Counted from the whole stretch's first letter, positions 11,984-24,458 are shown. The stretch is 63,237 nucleotides of DNA, filler included, from Folioceros fuciformis (GCA_049999805.1; 10 parts of 10 records of this genome joined end to end with filler, not necessarily neighbours in it); one strand, 5' to 3'. The notes: generated by a model not told the origin, from the letters alone. A program made the numbers and translations.

Positions 11984-13325
11984 CACCGAAGGGGTGCAGG
12001 AGGTGGACCTACCCGGGCTGACTGCTGCGAGGGTGCAAGCCCAAGCAGACCTCCTGGATCAGGCTGCTAGGGCCCTGACCTGGTTAAGTGTACAAGCGGA
12101 GCGAGAGGCCGAGGCTTGGGGAAAGGAGGAGAAGGCTTGTGAGCGAGAGGCTGAAGCAAGGAGGCAACTGGCGGAGTCGAAGACGGCGCGGCAACTGCTG
12201 GAGGAGAAGCAGCTGGTCCTGGACAGGGAGAAGGATCAAGCCGAGGAAGAAGCGCACGAGGCGAGGGCTGAAGTGCAGGCGCTGAAAGAGCAAGAGGGGA
12301 CCCTGCTAGCTCAGGTGAGGGAGGCTCACGAGACTAACCTGGAGATGCAACAGGAAATGGCCAGGGTACAGGAGATGAAGATAGCCGTTGTGGAGCAGGC
12401 TCACAAGTTGGCTGACAGATACAAGCGGGAGCGGGATGAGGCCAGAGAGAGAGTGAAGGGGAAGAGCAAGGCTGGGCGTCCGAGTCAGTCGGCGACCCTG
12501 GTAGCAGAAGGGGCTACCGGTAGCCGAACCAGGGGAACGGTAGTCCCCTCGACTACCGGTAGTCTGGTAGTCCACGGGACTACCGAAAGTCGGGTAGCCG
12601 ACGGGGCTACCGGCAGCCCAGCAAGGCCTAGGATAGCTGAAGAACCAACCCTGGAAACGAAGGAGGAAGGAGTAGGGGTGCCTGCCCCTAGGCACTCTAG
12701 GAGGGTGACCTGTACCAGGAGGATAGAGCCGGAGGAGGCAACAGCTGGGAAGGCAGAGAACCTTCAGGTACCCCAGCTGGAGGGGGAGCAGGCAACCCGA
12801 GGTAGCCCAAGGGAGGACGGGGTAAGCACCTCTGTTATGGCAGAAGGTCGGATTGTGCTGCAGTATGAGGAGGAGGCCTCCTATGTGTCAGGCCTGTATG
12901 TAGAAGGGGCCAGGGTTCTGAAGCTGTTTCTGTATGTACGTATGGGCACACGAGGGACGTGGGGCTACGGCCTACAGTTGAGGACGCGCCTGAGACTCTA
13001 CCACTACAGCTGGTGGGTGATAGGACTGCCCCACTGCTATGCGGAGGCAGTTCTGGAGGAACTGACGGAAGAGGAGGCCCAGCGCTGGGTAGAACGGGGG
13101 CCTGTGGTTGTCCTCAGCAACCAGAGAAGGAGGAGGAGGGGTGGACCACAGCGGCGGGACCCACCTGTGGCGCCAGCCAGGTCCAGCAGCAGTAGCAGTG
13201 ATGTGGAGATCCTCTGGGAGGATCTGCCGAACCAACGGAGGGGCAGAAGAGCGAGAGGAGGAGCAGCAAGGGGTGACGCGCGAACGCTAGGAGGAAGCCG
13301 CCAGTGGCGTGGGAAAGGGCGATAG
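11984..13325 (+). CDS. 5'-truncated intronless ORF of unknown function (coiled coil, V-x-x-G-x-T-G-S repeats, aromatic-rich domain, Arg-rich tail), probably a retroelement accessory ORF
   Basis: 443-codon open frame from the contig edge with an E/A/Q/R heptad-like N-terminal part. No family recognised; the TE origin is inference. Confidence 0.45.
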
Positions 13326-15086
13326 TAAATGTAGGCTAGAATACGATTTTTTTAGCGTGCTTTGTTTGGACCTAAGTCGCTCAGAATTTAAGATCGCAGC
13401 CCCCTTGCCTGACAGACTTTATGGTGGAAAAAAACCGCCATCACCGTGTACAAGAGGCTGGATTGAAGGCCTAAGGAATCAGCAAGAACCAGCCGAACAG
13501 TCGACCTTGCAGGGACCTAGCGATGGCCGTTGCTGGACAGGAGGTCTAGGCAAGCGAGCGCACGTAGCAACCTGGGGTGCGGGTGTAGGTGGTGGGCACT
13601 CCGTGATCAAGTCCGGGGACGAATCGGGAGGAGGAGCCTCGCTGAGTGGGAGAGAAGCTCCCCAGCTATCCTCGAGGTGGTCACGTGGGGTGGTGCGGGT
13701 GTCGGAGCCGAATCCGCAAGTTCGGAGTGGAAGGGACTCCTCTTCCCTTAGCCCCGGTACCTCACCATTCCTCAACGTTAATAGGAGCCCAGGAGAGGGC
13801 ATCGCTAAGAAAGAAGACTGAAGAACCGGAGAAAGGAGAGTGTGGGAGTGCACGTGTGTGAGAAGGAGGAGGAGCGAGTGGCCGAGTAGTGGGTAAGAGC
13901 GAATGCGAAAAGAAAGCCAGAAGGAGTGGAGCAGGGAGTGAAGCGGAGTGGAAGTGATTCGACGACTGTTTAGATGGGCAGAATGTATACAGCGAATTGG
14001 TGAGTGGGTTAAGAGAGAATAAAGCTGGGGAAACCCCGGAGGCGAGGTGGCTAATGTGTGTGGGGTGCAACGAGACGTGGTGAGTATGTGTGACTGATCG
14101 CGATGAGACTGGAGAGGCTGTGAAGAAGCTGAATTGAGACCGTAGGGGGTGTATCTAAGGTGTGAGATCATGCAGGTGGAAGGCGTCCAATAAATTGCTG
14201 CTGTTCAAGTGTGTGTGCGCTTGTTTCTGAGATGAGTGAGGCGGTTTTGTGGTGAACCAAGGAAGGGAAGCGCCAAAGGGGATGCGCAGGCAGGAGGTAA
14301 TCAGTCGGGTAGGAACGACCCGGTGGGAGAGAAAACCCNNNNNNNNNNNNNNNNNNNNNNNNNNNNNNNNNNNNNNNNNNNNTTAATTAATTAANNNNNN
14401 NNNNNNNNNNNNNNNNNNNNNNNNNNNNNNNNNNNNNNTGCGAACAAGTGTGCTGCGATCAAGAGAAGCAAGAGCAGCCTGGTTGCCAATGGCCTGCAGA
14501 AGAAGGATCCGGAGCTGCAAGTGCCCGGGGCTGCAGTTTGGGAGAACTGATCCATTGTCGATTCGCACTTGCAGATTGATTCACAGCAGTTCAGAACACA
14601 ATCATGCACTGCGGTCGTCCACTGCTTCGAACTGCGCTGGAAGACACAAGAGCATGGAGGGAACAGGGATGAAAGCAGAAGCTTGGTAGGAAGGAAAGAT
14701 GGCTTTCCAATTGGGATGGGAAGATTGGCAGGATTGAAGACTGAGGCCTGGGAAGACTGCTGCTTCGTGATTGCCGCTGCTTGGGAGCTTGCCATGCCGG
14801 TTTTATAAGCACCAGAGGTGGTGGGACCTTCAGGTGCCCGGCAGGATCGAAAGTCGGTTTGAGTGTCCTCAACGTGTGCGGCATTGCCAATAGCAGTGTA
14901 CTGTTGGGGGAGGATTCCAGTCAAAAGAAAAAATAATAGTCGCACGCAAGGGGCACGCGGACACACCTGATGCTCTTTCCCACCATCGTGCTGTAGTTTG
15001 CCATTTAATTTTCACTTTTGTTGTCGGCCGACCTCCTGGCTTGAGCTGTGATGCGGTCGACTGTACACCGGCCTTGACACACAGGG

Positions 15087-16460
15087 TTAGGAGGATGTAC
15101 TGGGCCGCGAACTTGCGAAGACCAACGGAGCAAACGAGGAGCACGGCATGTCGTGCCATGGACTGTGGCAATTTATCATCAATTTTCTAGTTGACATGCG
15201 GTTGGGCATCATGCGAGCCAGCCTAGCATACCAGCCTGGGCCCTGGACCCTAGCCCCCTCATCGTTTTCAAATGCTTTGGGAAGGATGTAAAGCAGAGTA
15301 CAAACCATGTCTCATACTCGCAGTTAGAACAACATCGCGCAGCCAGTACAAAACCGTGGGCGGAATTTGGGGATTGGTTGGATTTCTTCCTGCTTACCTT
15401 CTTTTGTTGGGCTACACGATACAGCGGACCACAAGGAGCCCGTGTGACTGCCTACAACCAGGTGGACGGGAAGACTTGGGGGACAGCAAGTCACGAAATA
15501 CTTACCAGGGTCATGGTAAAACCTTATGATGATGCCCATGGCATTCACTCTGTTGCTGCTCTGACCGGAAGCGACTAGACTCCATTTGTCCAAAAATGCT
15601 TTGCCTGCAACATCGAATTCAAGTTCAAACAATTGCAGCAAGGCCCAAGCGCATGACTGTGGTGAAGACCCAATCGTCATGAGTGTGTGCTGGGCTTCCA
15701 GGGAGCTAGCTGCCTCCGCACTCAGCGTCTGGTGTCCTACAGTTCTGAGGGGTCATGTCATCACCAGGTCAAGCTTTGCACGTTACTTTGCCCGGCAGCA
15801 GCAGGGTTTTGGATGGAAGCACGACATAACGACGTTATCTTGGTGTAAAAATTGTATATTATGCCCCGCATCCAAGTAAGGATCTGTGTAGTCGTCGTTG
15901 TTGTAGCGCGTCTGATTCCTCACAAATGGTTGAATGTCCGATTGACGTCAGGTTCCTGCTGAACATGGCTTCAGCGTCGTTGATCCACATAAAGGTTTTG
16001 TATACGATGTCGCTAAATACAGCTCAATAAAAAATAAATTGGTAACTTTGTTGTGGTACGCACCTGCGTTGCTCGCTGGAAGCATCTTCCTCAAGGCTTC
16101 CGAAATGTAGTTGAAATATCCAGTACTGGACTTCAAAACCTGCTGCATCTCCAGCCTGTTGATTGCATGGCCACAGAGAAATTGCCACATCAAACTCAAG
16201 GATTTGTTATGCTGAAGTTTCCCACACCTCCAACCGAACCAAACATCTGGAACTGAAAATTGCGACAAAATGCTTGAAAGGACAGCATCAGGTCAGTAGA
16301 CCTGCAGCAGCAGTTTCTCCCCAATACTTACCCTCGTACGAGAAAACCAGAAATCAGAGTGGTCACCATGTTAAAGCTCTGGAACTGGTGATTGACCAGA
16401 GATGAGATACATCACCATCAATTCTAAAATTATGAAAGGCATTTGGAGTAGGCTGGGTAG
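15087..16460 (-). pseudogene. Multi-exon gene or gene relic of unknown family
   Basis: Exon-like blocks with canonical splice sites. One exon (GHQTLSAEAASS...GIIIRFYHDP, donor gtaagt near 15503) joins in phase to AFENDEGARVQGPGWYARLARMMPNR. The upstream blocks contain stops or frame conflicts. Confidence 0.3.
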
Positions 16461-16795
16461 AAAAGCATAATGCATAGATGGATGCTAAAGAGGCATCAGA
16501 ATCAGGAAACTTTTATTCATCAGCAAGAAGGCTTTACCCATTTCCCGGTCAGACCAACTGGGAGGAAGTCAGCAGGCTAAACAGCAAAAGTATCTTAGCA
16601 TCACTTAGATTTAGACACAGAAGTCCTGCCCAACTACATTTCATCTCTATCCCGCCAGTGGAGAAAAATAAGCTTGAGATGACGAACATGGAAGGCAAAA
16701 ATAAGGCCACCCGCCGTTCAACTCAGCTTTTCTGAAATACTGTGAACATTGCATTGCCGCCCAGTTAACAACTAGGGCATGCTGGAAACGCATAC

Positions 16796-17615
16796 TTACA
16801 GGGTCTCAGCCTTAAGCTTCCTTGCTTCCAACAGCCGATTCCACTGAACTGGCCGTCTCTCAGCACCCGGGTAGCTAACATGCTGCGGGAGCTGCTTCCC
16901 ATGTGTGATGAAAGTGGCACCCTCAGCAAGCAATTTTGCCACAGCGGTGGCTTGAGAGCCGTCGGACACGTTGAGACCAAGTTTTGGCTGCGGCAGATCA
17001 CTCATCAACCTTTTGATATACCTGACGTGCAAGAGATGCCGCTAGCATGTCAGGCTCCCTACAACACGTACAAAAGTGACCAGGCAGGAGAGACACATAA
17101 GCTGACATGCACATTCTACCACGTAATTGCAACCAAAAGGCCCTGAACAGCCTGCCAATTCTACCAGGTTTCCGTGTAAGACTCGGTCACCACAATGTCA
17201 GCCCCCAGCTCCTTCAACTCCTCAATTATGGACGACGAACCAGGCTTGTCGGCAATAATATTGAGGGTAGTCAAACCCCGGTCTTTGGCCTTGAGAATCA
17301 CGGCCTTGCCGATCTCACTGTCTGCTTCATTCTGCACCAGAACGTCACCTGCGCACAGACATTGGAAACAGAACTATCATGGCTTGGAATCCTTCCCCTC
17401 CACAACTTGCAGGTACATCAATAATAGTCCCGCGCATCCATCCTCCGATCAGCAAGCGGGCTGCCAGGGTTCGTACCAGGACGCAACTTGGCTACAATCT
17501 GCTCGGCCGGAGATGGATCAGCTACAGCGGAGAATCCTCTGCAGAAACGCATAAACAAGCCCGCCTCCCCGGCGCACGGCATGCGCACCAGGGCAGTACC
17601 TGCCTTCGTCCACAT
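16796..17615 (-). CDS. Short MECR (mitochondrial trans-2-enoyl-ACP/CoA reductase)-like protein, Rossmann domain only, with putative mitochondrial presequence; exons 17615-17477, 17348-17165, 17021-16796 (182 aa)
   Basis: KLRPGDVLVQNEADSEIGKAVI..AKDRGLTTLNIIADKPG..IEELKELGADIVVTE and SDLPQPKLGLN..G..ATAVAKLLAEGATFITHG resemble the MECR nucleotide-binding domain. Both introns are GT-AG and phase-compatible. Confidence 0.75.
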
Positions 17616-17976
17616 CCTTCCACTCCCAGAGCTTGCTCCCGTGAGGACACAACCGAGCTGGCCTGAGGTTATAAACTTAACCTCGCCCGGCCCTTTCGTT
17701 TCGATTCATGAGGTGTTTCGGGGTTTTGACTTAAATCATGCGACTGTGGCATGCGTTATATTAGCTACAACGATGTGTGCAAACCCCTTACGAACATTTT
17801 TATTAGAAGGAGCAAACATTACACTCGTCACAACAGCATCACCTATGTACAGCAAGATTCGGGAGTTAAACGCGACAACTCTTCACTATGGACCACCTAG
17901 CTGCACAGCAAGCTTAAGCTTTAGATACATGTCTTGGTGCCTACAATTCCTGGCCACCAAAGCGTCACCCTACCGA

Positions 17977-18925
17977 TCAAGCGTTGTCATCAGAAACCAC
18001 TTTCACATCAAGCACTTTCTTCTTATCTTCAGTCTTGGGCACCGTGAGGTAAAGGACTCCATGCTTCAGCTCCGCTTTAATTGCATTAGACTTGACGTTC
18101 TCGGGTAGATACGCTCTAGTGAAGAATTTGGCATACGACCTTGCCCCGAACTTGTCATGACCTCCTTCTTTCTTTTGCGCGTCAATAACCAAGCTGTGAT
18201 CTTCCACAGACACCGTCACGTCCTGTTTCGAAAATCCAGGCACATCGACACGGATATAAAAAGCTTGATCGTCTTCAACAATGTCCCACGGAACCCGGAC
18301 AGCTCGAGCAGGGGAGGCACCTCGGGTGGTCGGGAACATCCTCGCATCGTCGAAAAAGCGATCCACCATATCGATCATTTGTCGGAGACTCCTGCTGGAC
18401 AGCAACGGATCCCAGAAGTCACCTGCACAGCGAAGGATATTCATGAGACTTTCGTACTAAAATCGCCAAGCCTTCTATAATCTATAACTCAGTCGATCTC
18501 ACCTCAAATCACCTTCAAACTACACCGCAAGGCATACCCACGAAACGAGCGAGTAGCGTACCAAGCAAACTTCCGATAGGTTCAAACTCCCCACCGTCAC
18601 GCTTTCCCCGATCGCCACGGCGAGAAACGGACGAGCGGTCATCCTGTCTCTGCAGCTCCTGGCCAGCATCAGATGAAGAACCAGCGTTACTCGAATCCTC
18701 GCTTCGGTCACCGCCTTCGGTCCCTGAGTGGCCTACATTGATATCGGTCATGGCTCGCACAGGTACCCGATCCAGTGCCCTGCACCTCTGAGCCAGTCCT
18801 CCGACCTTGGGAGAAAAGGTCCCTGCCAAAGACGGCAGCGCGCCGGCGATCTTCCGTGCTGCTGCCATGCTGGAAGGAATTGCAAACCTCGCAGGAGCTG
18901 CCAAGTTAGTGAGCGAGCAAGTCAT
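17977..18925 (-). CDS. Organelle-targeted small heat shock protein (HSP21/HSP20 family); exons 18925-18562 and 18422-17977 (269 aa)
   Basis: WDPLLSSRSLRQMIDMVDRFFDD amphipathic segment; alpha-crystallin domain RVPWDIVED..RVDVPG..IKAELKHGVLYLTVPK; N-terminal transit peptide. Confidence 0.92.
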
Positions 18926-19854
18926 TGTGACTTCGAACACGAAGCGATTGATATCACTGATCGTTTGATATGTCCCTGTAGAAAACAAACATTCCGTAAG
19001 AGCTCACTTAAGCATCAATCTGCTCTCACAATTCTCCACCAACATTCATCACACTAGTGTGCATTTTTTACACGCTCAACAAGAACCTTATCACGTCCCT
19101 GCAACCTTGCAGCCATCTCCACAAGATATACCTGGAACACTTATCATCGGAAGAATTCTCTGATATTGAAAGCCAACTCAAAGCACTTGTGATTCTATAC
19201 TTCCTACACTCTATATGTGTGTTTTCCTGTGCGGAAGCCTTGCAGTTGCAGACCTTGGACCAGTAAACACTTGCAACTCAAGACAGCAGCAAACCGCCTT
19301 CGAATTCCTCGCTTGTTCCTCCTCCAGACGACCGAGAATTGCTTGCGAGTACCGCGCGGAAGTGAGCACCAGGGTTATGTAGAGCAGAGGGCATGGTTCT
19401 GGAACCTGCCAGAGCCGATGTTCACTGTCTTGGTCGCGCGGTTCCATGTACAAGCCCGGCCGTCATTTGAAAGCGAATCCCGGGCTGCCCGCCATTTCCC
19501 GTGGCTTCCAGAAGGGAGGATGAAAACGTATTCCACGTATGTAATCGACTTACTGATATGGCCTATTATTACTTATATTAGCTCACATCAGTAAGTAGAT
19601 TACGTGGATAAACTTACTGATTTGGGTCGCCACGTGGCGGCCCGACACGCCGATCTCGGGTAGTCCACTGGGCTTAACTCGGACCCAAATAAAGCCAGAC
19701 GAACCCCCGTCATTTACCCCGGGGCGTCACCTGAGGTCACCGGGCGGGACGCATTAGGGTTTTCCATTGCACTCTTCATCGGGGGTTTGGAATGAAGTTC
19801 TCTCGATAGTGAAAGGTGAAGAGGAGGCGAGGGAAGCAGACCTTTTGATGCGTC

Positions 19855-21826
19855 ATGGCGCTGAAGTTTTTGAACAAGAAGGGCTGGCATACAGGCAGTT
19901 TGCGGAATATCGAGAATGTTTGGAAAGCGGAGCAGAAACATGATGCTGAGAAGAAAAAGTTGGAGGAGCTGAAGAAGCAGATTAAGGAGGAAAGGGAGGC
20001 TCAAGAGTTTCGGACGTTGCAGGAGCAAGCCGGTTTGGCACCGTAAGTTGCATGACCTCGACGTGTAACAAAACCTCGCCGAAATTTAGGAGTTGAACAA
20101 GTGGAATGTGGATGTGGGATCTAGCTGACTTAGGACGGTACGGGAGTCTTCGTGTAAGTGACGCTTGTTTCTACTGTGATGCAGGAAGCAGGAGCGATTG
20201 GATTTCCTTTACGATTCAGGCCTTGCTGTAAGGAAAACCACCACTGATGAGTACCTACTTGGGAAACCCATAGAGGAAACGAAGGAGAGCGAGGTTGCTA
20301 AGGTCAGTGATACTGTTGATATCGATTGTGGAAGGTCAGGAATTTTGAGTTCTGATTGCCCTTGATTCGGTTCTAGCTGGACTGCTGAGCTTTTGATTAA
20401 TGTGATATTGCAGGCTACAGAAGGTCCTGGATCTCTGTTTGCAAGCAAGCCTCAATCTGCGAATGATTCGTGGAGGAAGCTCCACTCTGATCCCTTGCTA
20501 TTGATAAGGCTACAGGAGCAAGCTGCCTTGGCTGCGATCAGGAATAATCCTGTGAAGATGGATATTATCAGGAAGCAGGTTCATTCTCATGCCACTTAAG
20601 TGATAACAGCCCTGTGCTTCGGCAGGGTCTTCAGGTCCTGCTTTACCATGTCTTACTGACACCTTGTGTGATTGTTGGGAAACTTGGAACTGCAGGCGCA
20701 GGAGAAGCTTAAGGAAAAGGAAAAGGAAAAGGAAACGAATGGTAAAAAACGAAAGCATCGTGAGAAGAAAGAGAAAAGAGTGAAAGAAAGGGAAGACAAT
20801 GACAGTGATGTGGAAGATCATCATGTGAGGAAAAATAAGAAATCGAGGAGAGAGGAACAGCCTCGGAAGAGAGGCAGGAGTGACGGTGATATTTCAAGTG
20901 AGGAAGACCACCATGATAGAAGGATACATGAGAGGAACCCTGGACACAGGGGTTCGGGCAAAGGACGTGATGATTTTTCAAGAAGTGATAACAATCTGTA
21001 CAGAGAAGGCTCCAGACGAGATCTGGTGGAGAAATCTGAAGGCTTTTCAAAGGGCTCTGACGATTCGCGCAGGGGTCGTGAGGAACAGCATAGAGGTACT
21101 GAGAAATCTAACAGAAGACAAGATAGGAATCGAGATTATGGAGAGACGAGAGGTCTAATGCATGACGAAGATGATTCCCACAGAGTTCGTGAGGAATGGC
21201 ACAGAGGAGAAGATCGTAGACGACAGAACGGAGGACCTCATAGTCATAGAGAGGACCACAGGCACACTCAGAATTACAGACGAGAAGTCGGGGGTGGACG
21301 GAATGCTTATGATTTGGAGTCACACCTGTCCTCCCGGGGACAAGACCGTAAACAAGGGAATGGAAATGCATCCCAAGGTGCATCCACAAGTACTGTTAAT
21401 GGGCGTGACGTTTACCATCAAAGTTCTAGGGAAGAAGAAAGGAAAGAGTACCACAGGCACAAAGAAGATAACGTGCGAGACGCCGGAGATGGGCCAAAGG
21501 ATACTGTTGTGGAGCCTCAGCCAGCCACCAAAAGGGGTGCTTTGTCAGAAGAAGAAAAAGCTGCACGGCTGAAAGAGATGCAGGCAGATGCTGAACTCCA
21601 CGAGGAGCAAAGATGGCAAAGAGTGAAGAAAGGAGCAGAAGCTGATGCTAGAGAAGCGAAGCAGTCTATCTACGGGCGTGGTAAAAACTTTCTTGATGAT
21701 GCAAACCGAAATGCCTACGGTGCTGACAGTAATGCGACTGCTTCGGTCAGTGATAGTATACGAAGGCGAGCCCACTACCGGGACCCCGGAGCTGCTGATG
21801 CACAAAACAATGCATTCCGGAGGTAG
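19855..21826 (+). CDS. CWC25: Pre-mRNA splicing factor CWC25; exons 19855-20042, 20185-20302, 20414-20578, 20696-21826
   Basis: MALKFLNKKGWHTGSLRNIENVWKAEQKH, QERLDFLY, DSWRKLHSDPLLLIR, LSEEEKAARLKEMQADAELHEEQRWQR, C-terminal NAFRR. Confidence 0.95.
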
Positions 21827-21869
21827 AGGATTTATGTATGTATAAGCAGTGTTTTATTGCATTTGAATG

Positions 21870-22096
21870 TTATTCACATGTCAATTTTATTCACATGTCA
21901 ATTTTATTCACTTGTCAATTTTATTCACTTGTCAATTTTATTCACTTGTCAATTTTATTCACTTGTCAATTTTATTCACTTGTCAATTTTATCCACATGT
22001 CAATTTTATCCACATGTCAATTTTATTAACATGTCAATTTTATCCACGTGTCAATTTTATTCACATGTCAATTTTATTCACATGTCAATTTTATTC
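21870..22096. repeat. 17-bp minisatellite TTATTCAC(A/T)TGTCAATT, about 13 copies
   Basis: Head-to-tail array directly visible about 45 bp downstream of the CWC25 stop; no spacers. Confidence 0.97.
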
Positions 22097-23163
22097 GTAT
22101 CTCTATTTATTCGCATCTCAATTCCAGTCACTTCTCAATTCTAATCACATCTCAATTTGAGTCACACCTCAACTTGACTGACAAGTCAATGTCAGTCGCA
22201 TATTGGTATCACTCGGTCTTCACTCGGTGAGCAGCAGGGGAAGGCAGGAGTCCAGCTTTGTAAGTAATTTTCGCTGTAAAATATAATTTGATAGTGGATG
22301 CACTTGATGAAAATGTGGGAAGAAGTCACTCTCTGTACCGTCATTCGAATGTTGTATCACGTGTGTAAAGCATGTAGCGTCAGACACTTTTGCGGAGTTC
22401 GGGACGGACAGCAGGTTTCAGATACTGGTTTCTGCCTCTCATATGGGCTGTGCGGTCACAAGCACGTCGCCATGTGCCAAGTTGCCAATGTGGTACGCTC
22501 ACTCCTCTTTGCTCGGCACCTTGGTCTCAGATCGACAAGGTGACTTGCCGACCAATATCACCCTTCCCAGCATGCATTGTATGCTGGACTGACGCCATTA
22601 TTTGCGATATTGCCAACAGGAAGACTCGTGAAGACTGTCCTTGTCAGAACCGAAAACTGTTCGGATAGGACTCCACACGGAGACAAAGCTACAGAAATAT
22701 GACTTGTGATAAATAGTGACCATTTATTCACATCACACCTGCCCAAGGCCCAGATGCGAACATTCAGATATGGCCAGCGGATCACACTGGAGGCCTACAT
22801 TCTGAATGCAGATTGGCGATTAGTGTTTGCTATTTCGTACCTTTTACACCATTTCTAAGCCTGGGATCTCGCTCCTGCTGTTACACCCCAGGGTTCAACT
22901 CACTACAGAAACCACAAGCCAGATAAGAATTTATTTTCTTATCAGACAACCACTTCTACCTACAATAGATCCTTGCCGAGCTCCTCCCATCGTTCGCATT
23001 TGATGACTTATGTTCCACTTTCGCACCCGCCCAAGTCAGCGTCTCTGTTGGCCTTCAAATCGGGTGGTGTGGCTGATGGACATTGAAACCGATACCTGTG
23101 GGGCATTTCACAAACAGACCCGACTTGCTCGCACAAGCCAGACCTGATATTTCCCCCTAGGCA

Positions 23164-24458
23164 TCAGGGAGGCCCATTGCTGGAGAACAAGTCCAGCAGC
23201 TGCAAGGTCTGCAAATTGAAGGCAACCAGATGAGCGCAGCGTTCCTGGAGGGAACGGGAAAGGGAGAAAAGGGAAAGATTCACGAATTCCCATTCCCGCA
23301 GACAACAAGACGGGGACCAAGAAGTTACCTCAGGAACTGAGAGTTGCAACCGGAACTTGGGGCCATCGTAGTGGTGTAAGACAGGTCTGAAGGAGTCCTC
23401 TTCTAATGCCTTGCAAAGCTTTCTAACCCGGGTTCGGACCTGACACCATCAACCGGAGCGTAAGCAGAAAGTATCGAGATGGCTTCCACTTCCTGGACAG
23501 AACATCAAAATACAACTAAACCCGTCCCTGAGGATTAGGAGAGAAAGCGGACCTGTGCTGGAAACCGAGACTCGCCCCGGCATTTCTTGTCTTCCCAGGC
23601 CGTTGGGTCGATGTTCGATCCTCCAAAACTGGCAGCCTGGAACAAGAGAGACGAGGTTCCGTCACGTCAGGTCAGGTCAGGCGAGGGTGAGAGAAATTCA
23701 AGGCAGCCAACCCTCAGGCTCCGCTCAAATTGCAGCAACCTGGCGCACTAGGGCGTCTCACCTCAAAAACCCCGTGGAGCTGATGTGTCGTGTAGTTGTA
23801 CAAGAAAAGTGGGAGGCCAGGCTGGATGGTACGTACAGAGTCTCTGAACCTCTGCGGTAAACCTGTGAAGAACAAGTAGCATCGTGAGACAAGCGCAGAC
23901 TTAGACGAGCCCGCTGCAACCAAACAAGCGAGCCAAGCCATTGAAGAGCAAACTAGCTAACTAACTGACCGAAGAGCTGCCGTTTAAGGTCCTCTTGCAT
24001 GGTGTCGTTGTTGCAGACAAAAATGTAACCTCCGAGCGTCTCATTTCTCGGCAGCATTTCACTGGCCGGCAGAGACTTGAACCGTTTGTCGTGACTGTTG
24101 GTCACCGTGTTGTACACGACATTCCCGTTGAAGACTCCGGTCATGTTGGCAGTGACCATGGGATCAATAGTTCCAGCTTTTCCCCCAACCACCGCCTTGT
24201 TGTGCGCTAGAGCTCCACTTCCACGCTTAGACTCGGGGTTCTTGTGGCCCCCGACCGGCCGTTTCGGCTCAGCCACTTTGTTAGTCCGCCGGTCTTGCTC
24301 GAAAGTCTGGTTGAAACCCGGCGGAGACCATTTTCTATCCGTTGCCGCCCTCCCAGGGACCAGGTTGGGTCCAACCTGGTCCCCATACTGCCAGTTGATG
24401 TAGGGATTCGCCAGTTTGAATTTAGAACCTAAACCAACGTCGGAAATGGTAGCGCACA
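23164..24458 (-). CDS. DCD-domain (NRP/B2-type) protein; exons about 24458-23970, 23862-23762, 23636-23553, 23439-23329, 23208-23164; start uncertain
   Basis: KRFKSLPASEMLPRNETLGGYIFVCNNDTMQEDLKRQLFGLP, PGLPLFLYNYTTHQLHGVFEAASFGGSNIDPTAWEDKKCRGESRFPAQV, RPVLHHYDGPKFRLQLSVPE. Confidence 0.93.

Noticed and set aside
18930-19850. Heat-shock elements upstream of the sHSP
   Set aside because: Only two-unit TTCnnGAA matches (near 19397 and 19506); no clear three-unit HSE.
21870-22096. Possible CRISPR array or bacterial origin (TTATCCACA DnaA-box matches)
   Set aside because: No unique spacers, no cas genes and a eukaryotic context. The DnaA-box matches are single-base variants of the minisatellite unit. 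ORFs over the array are repeat artefacts.
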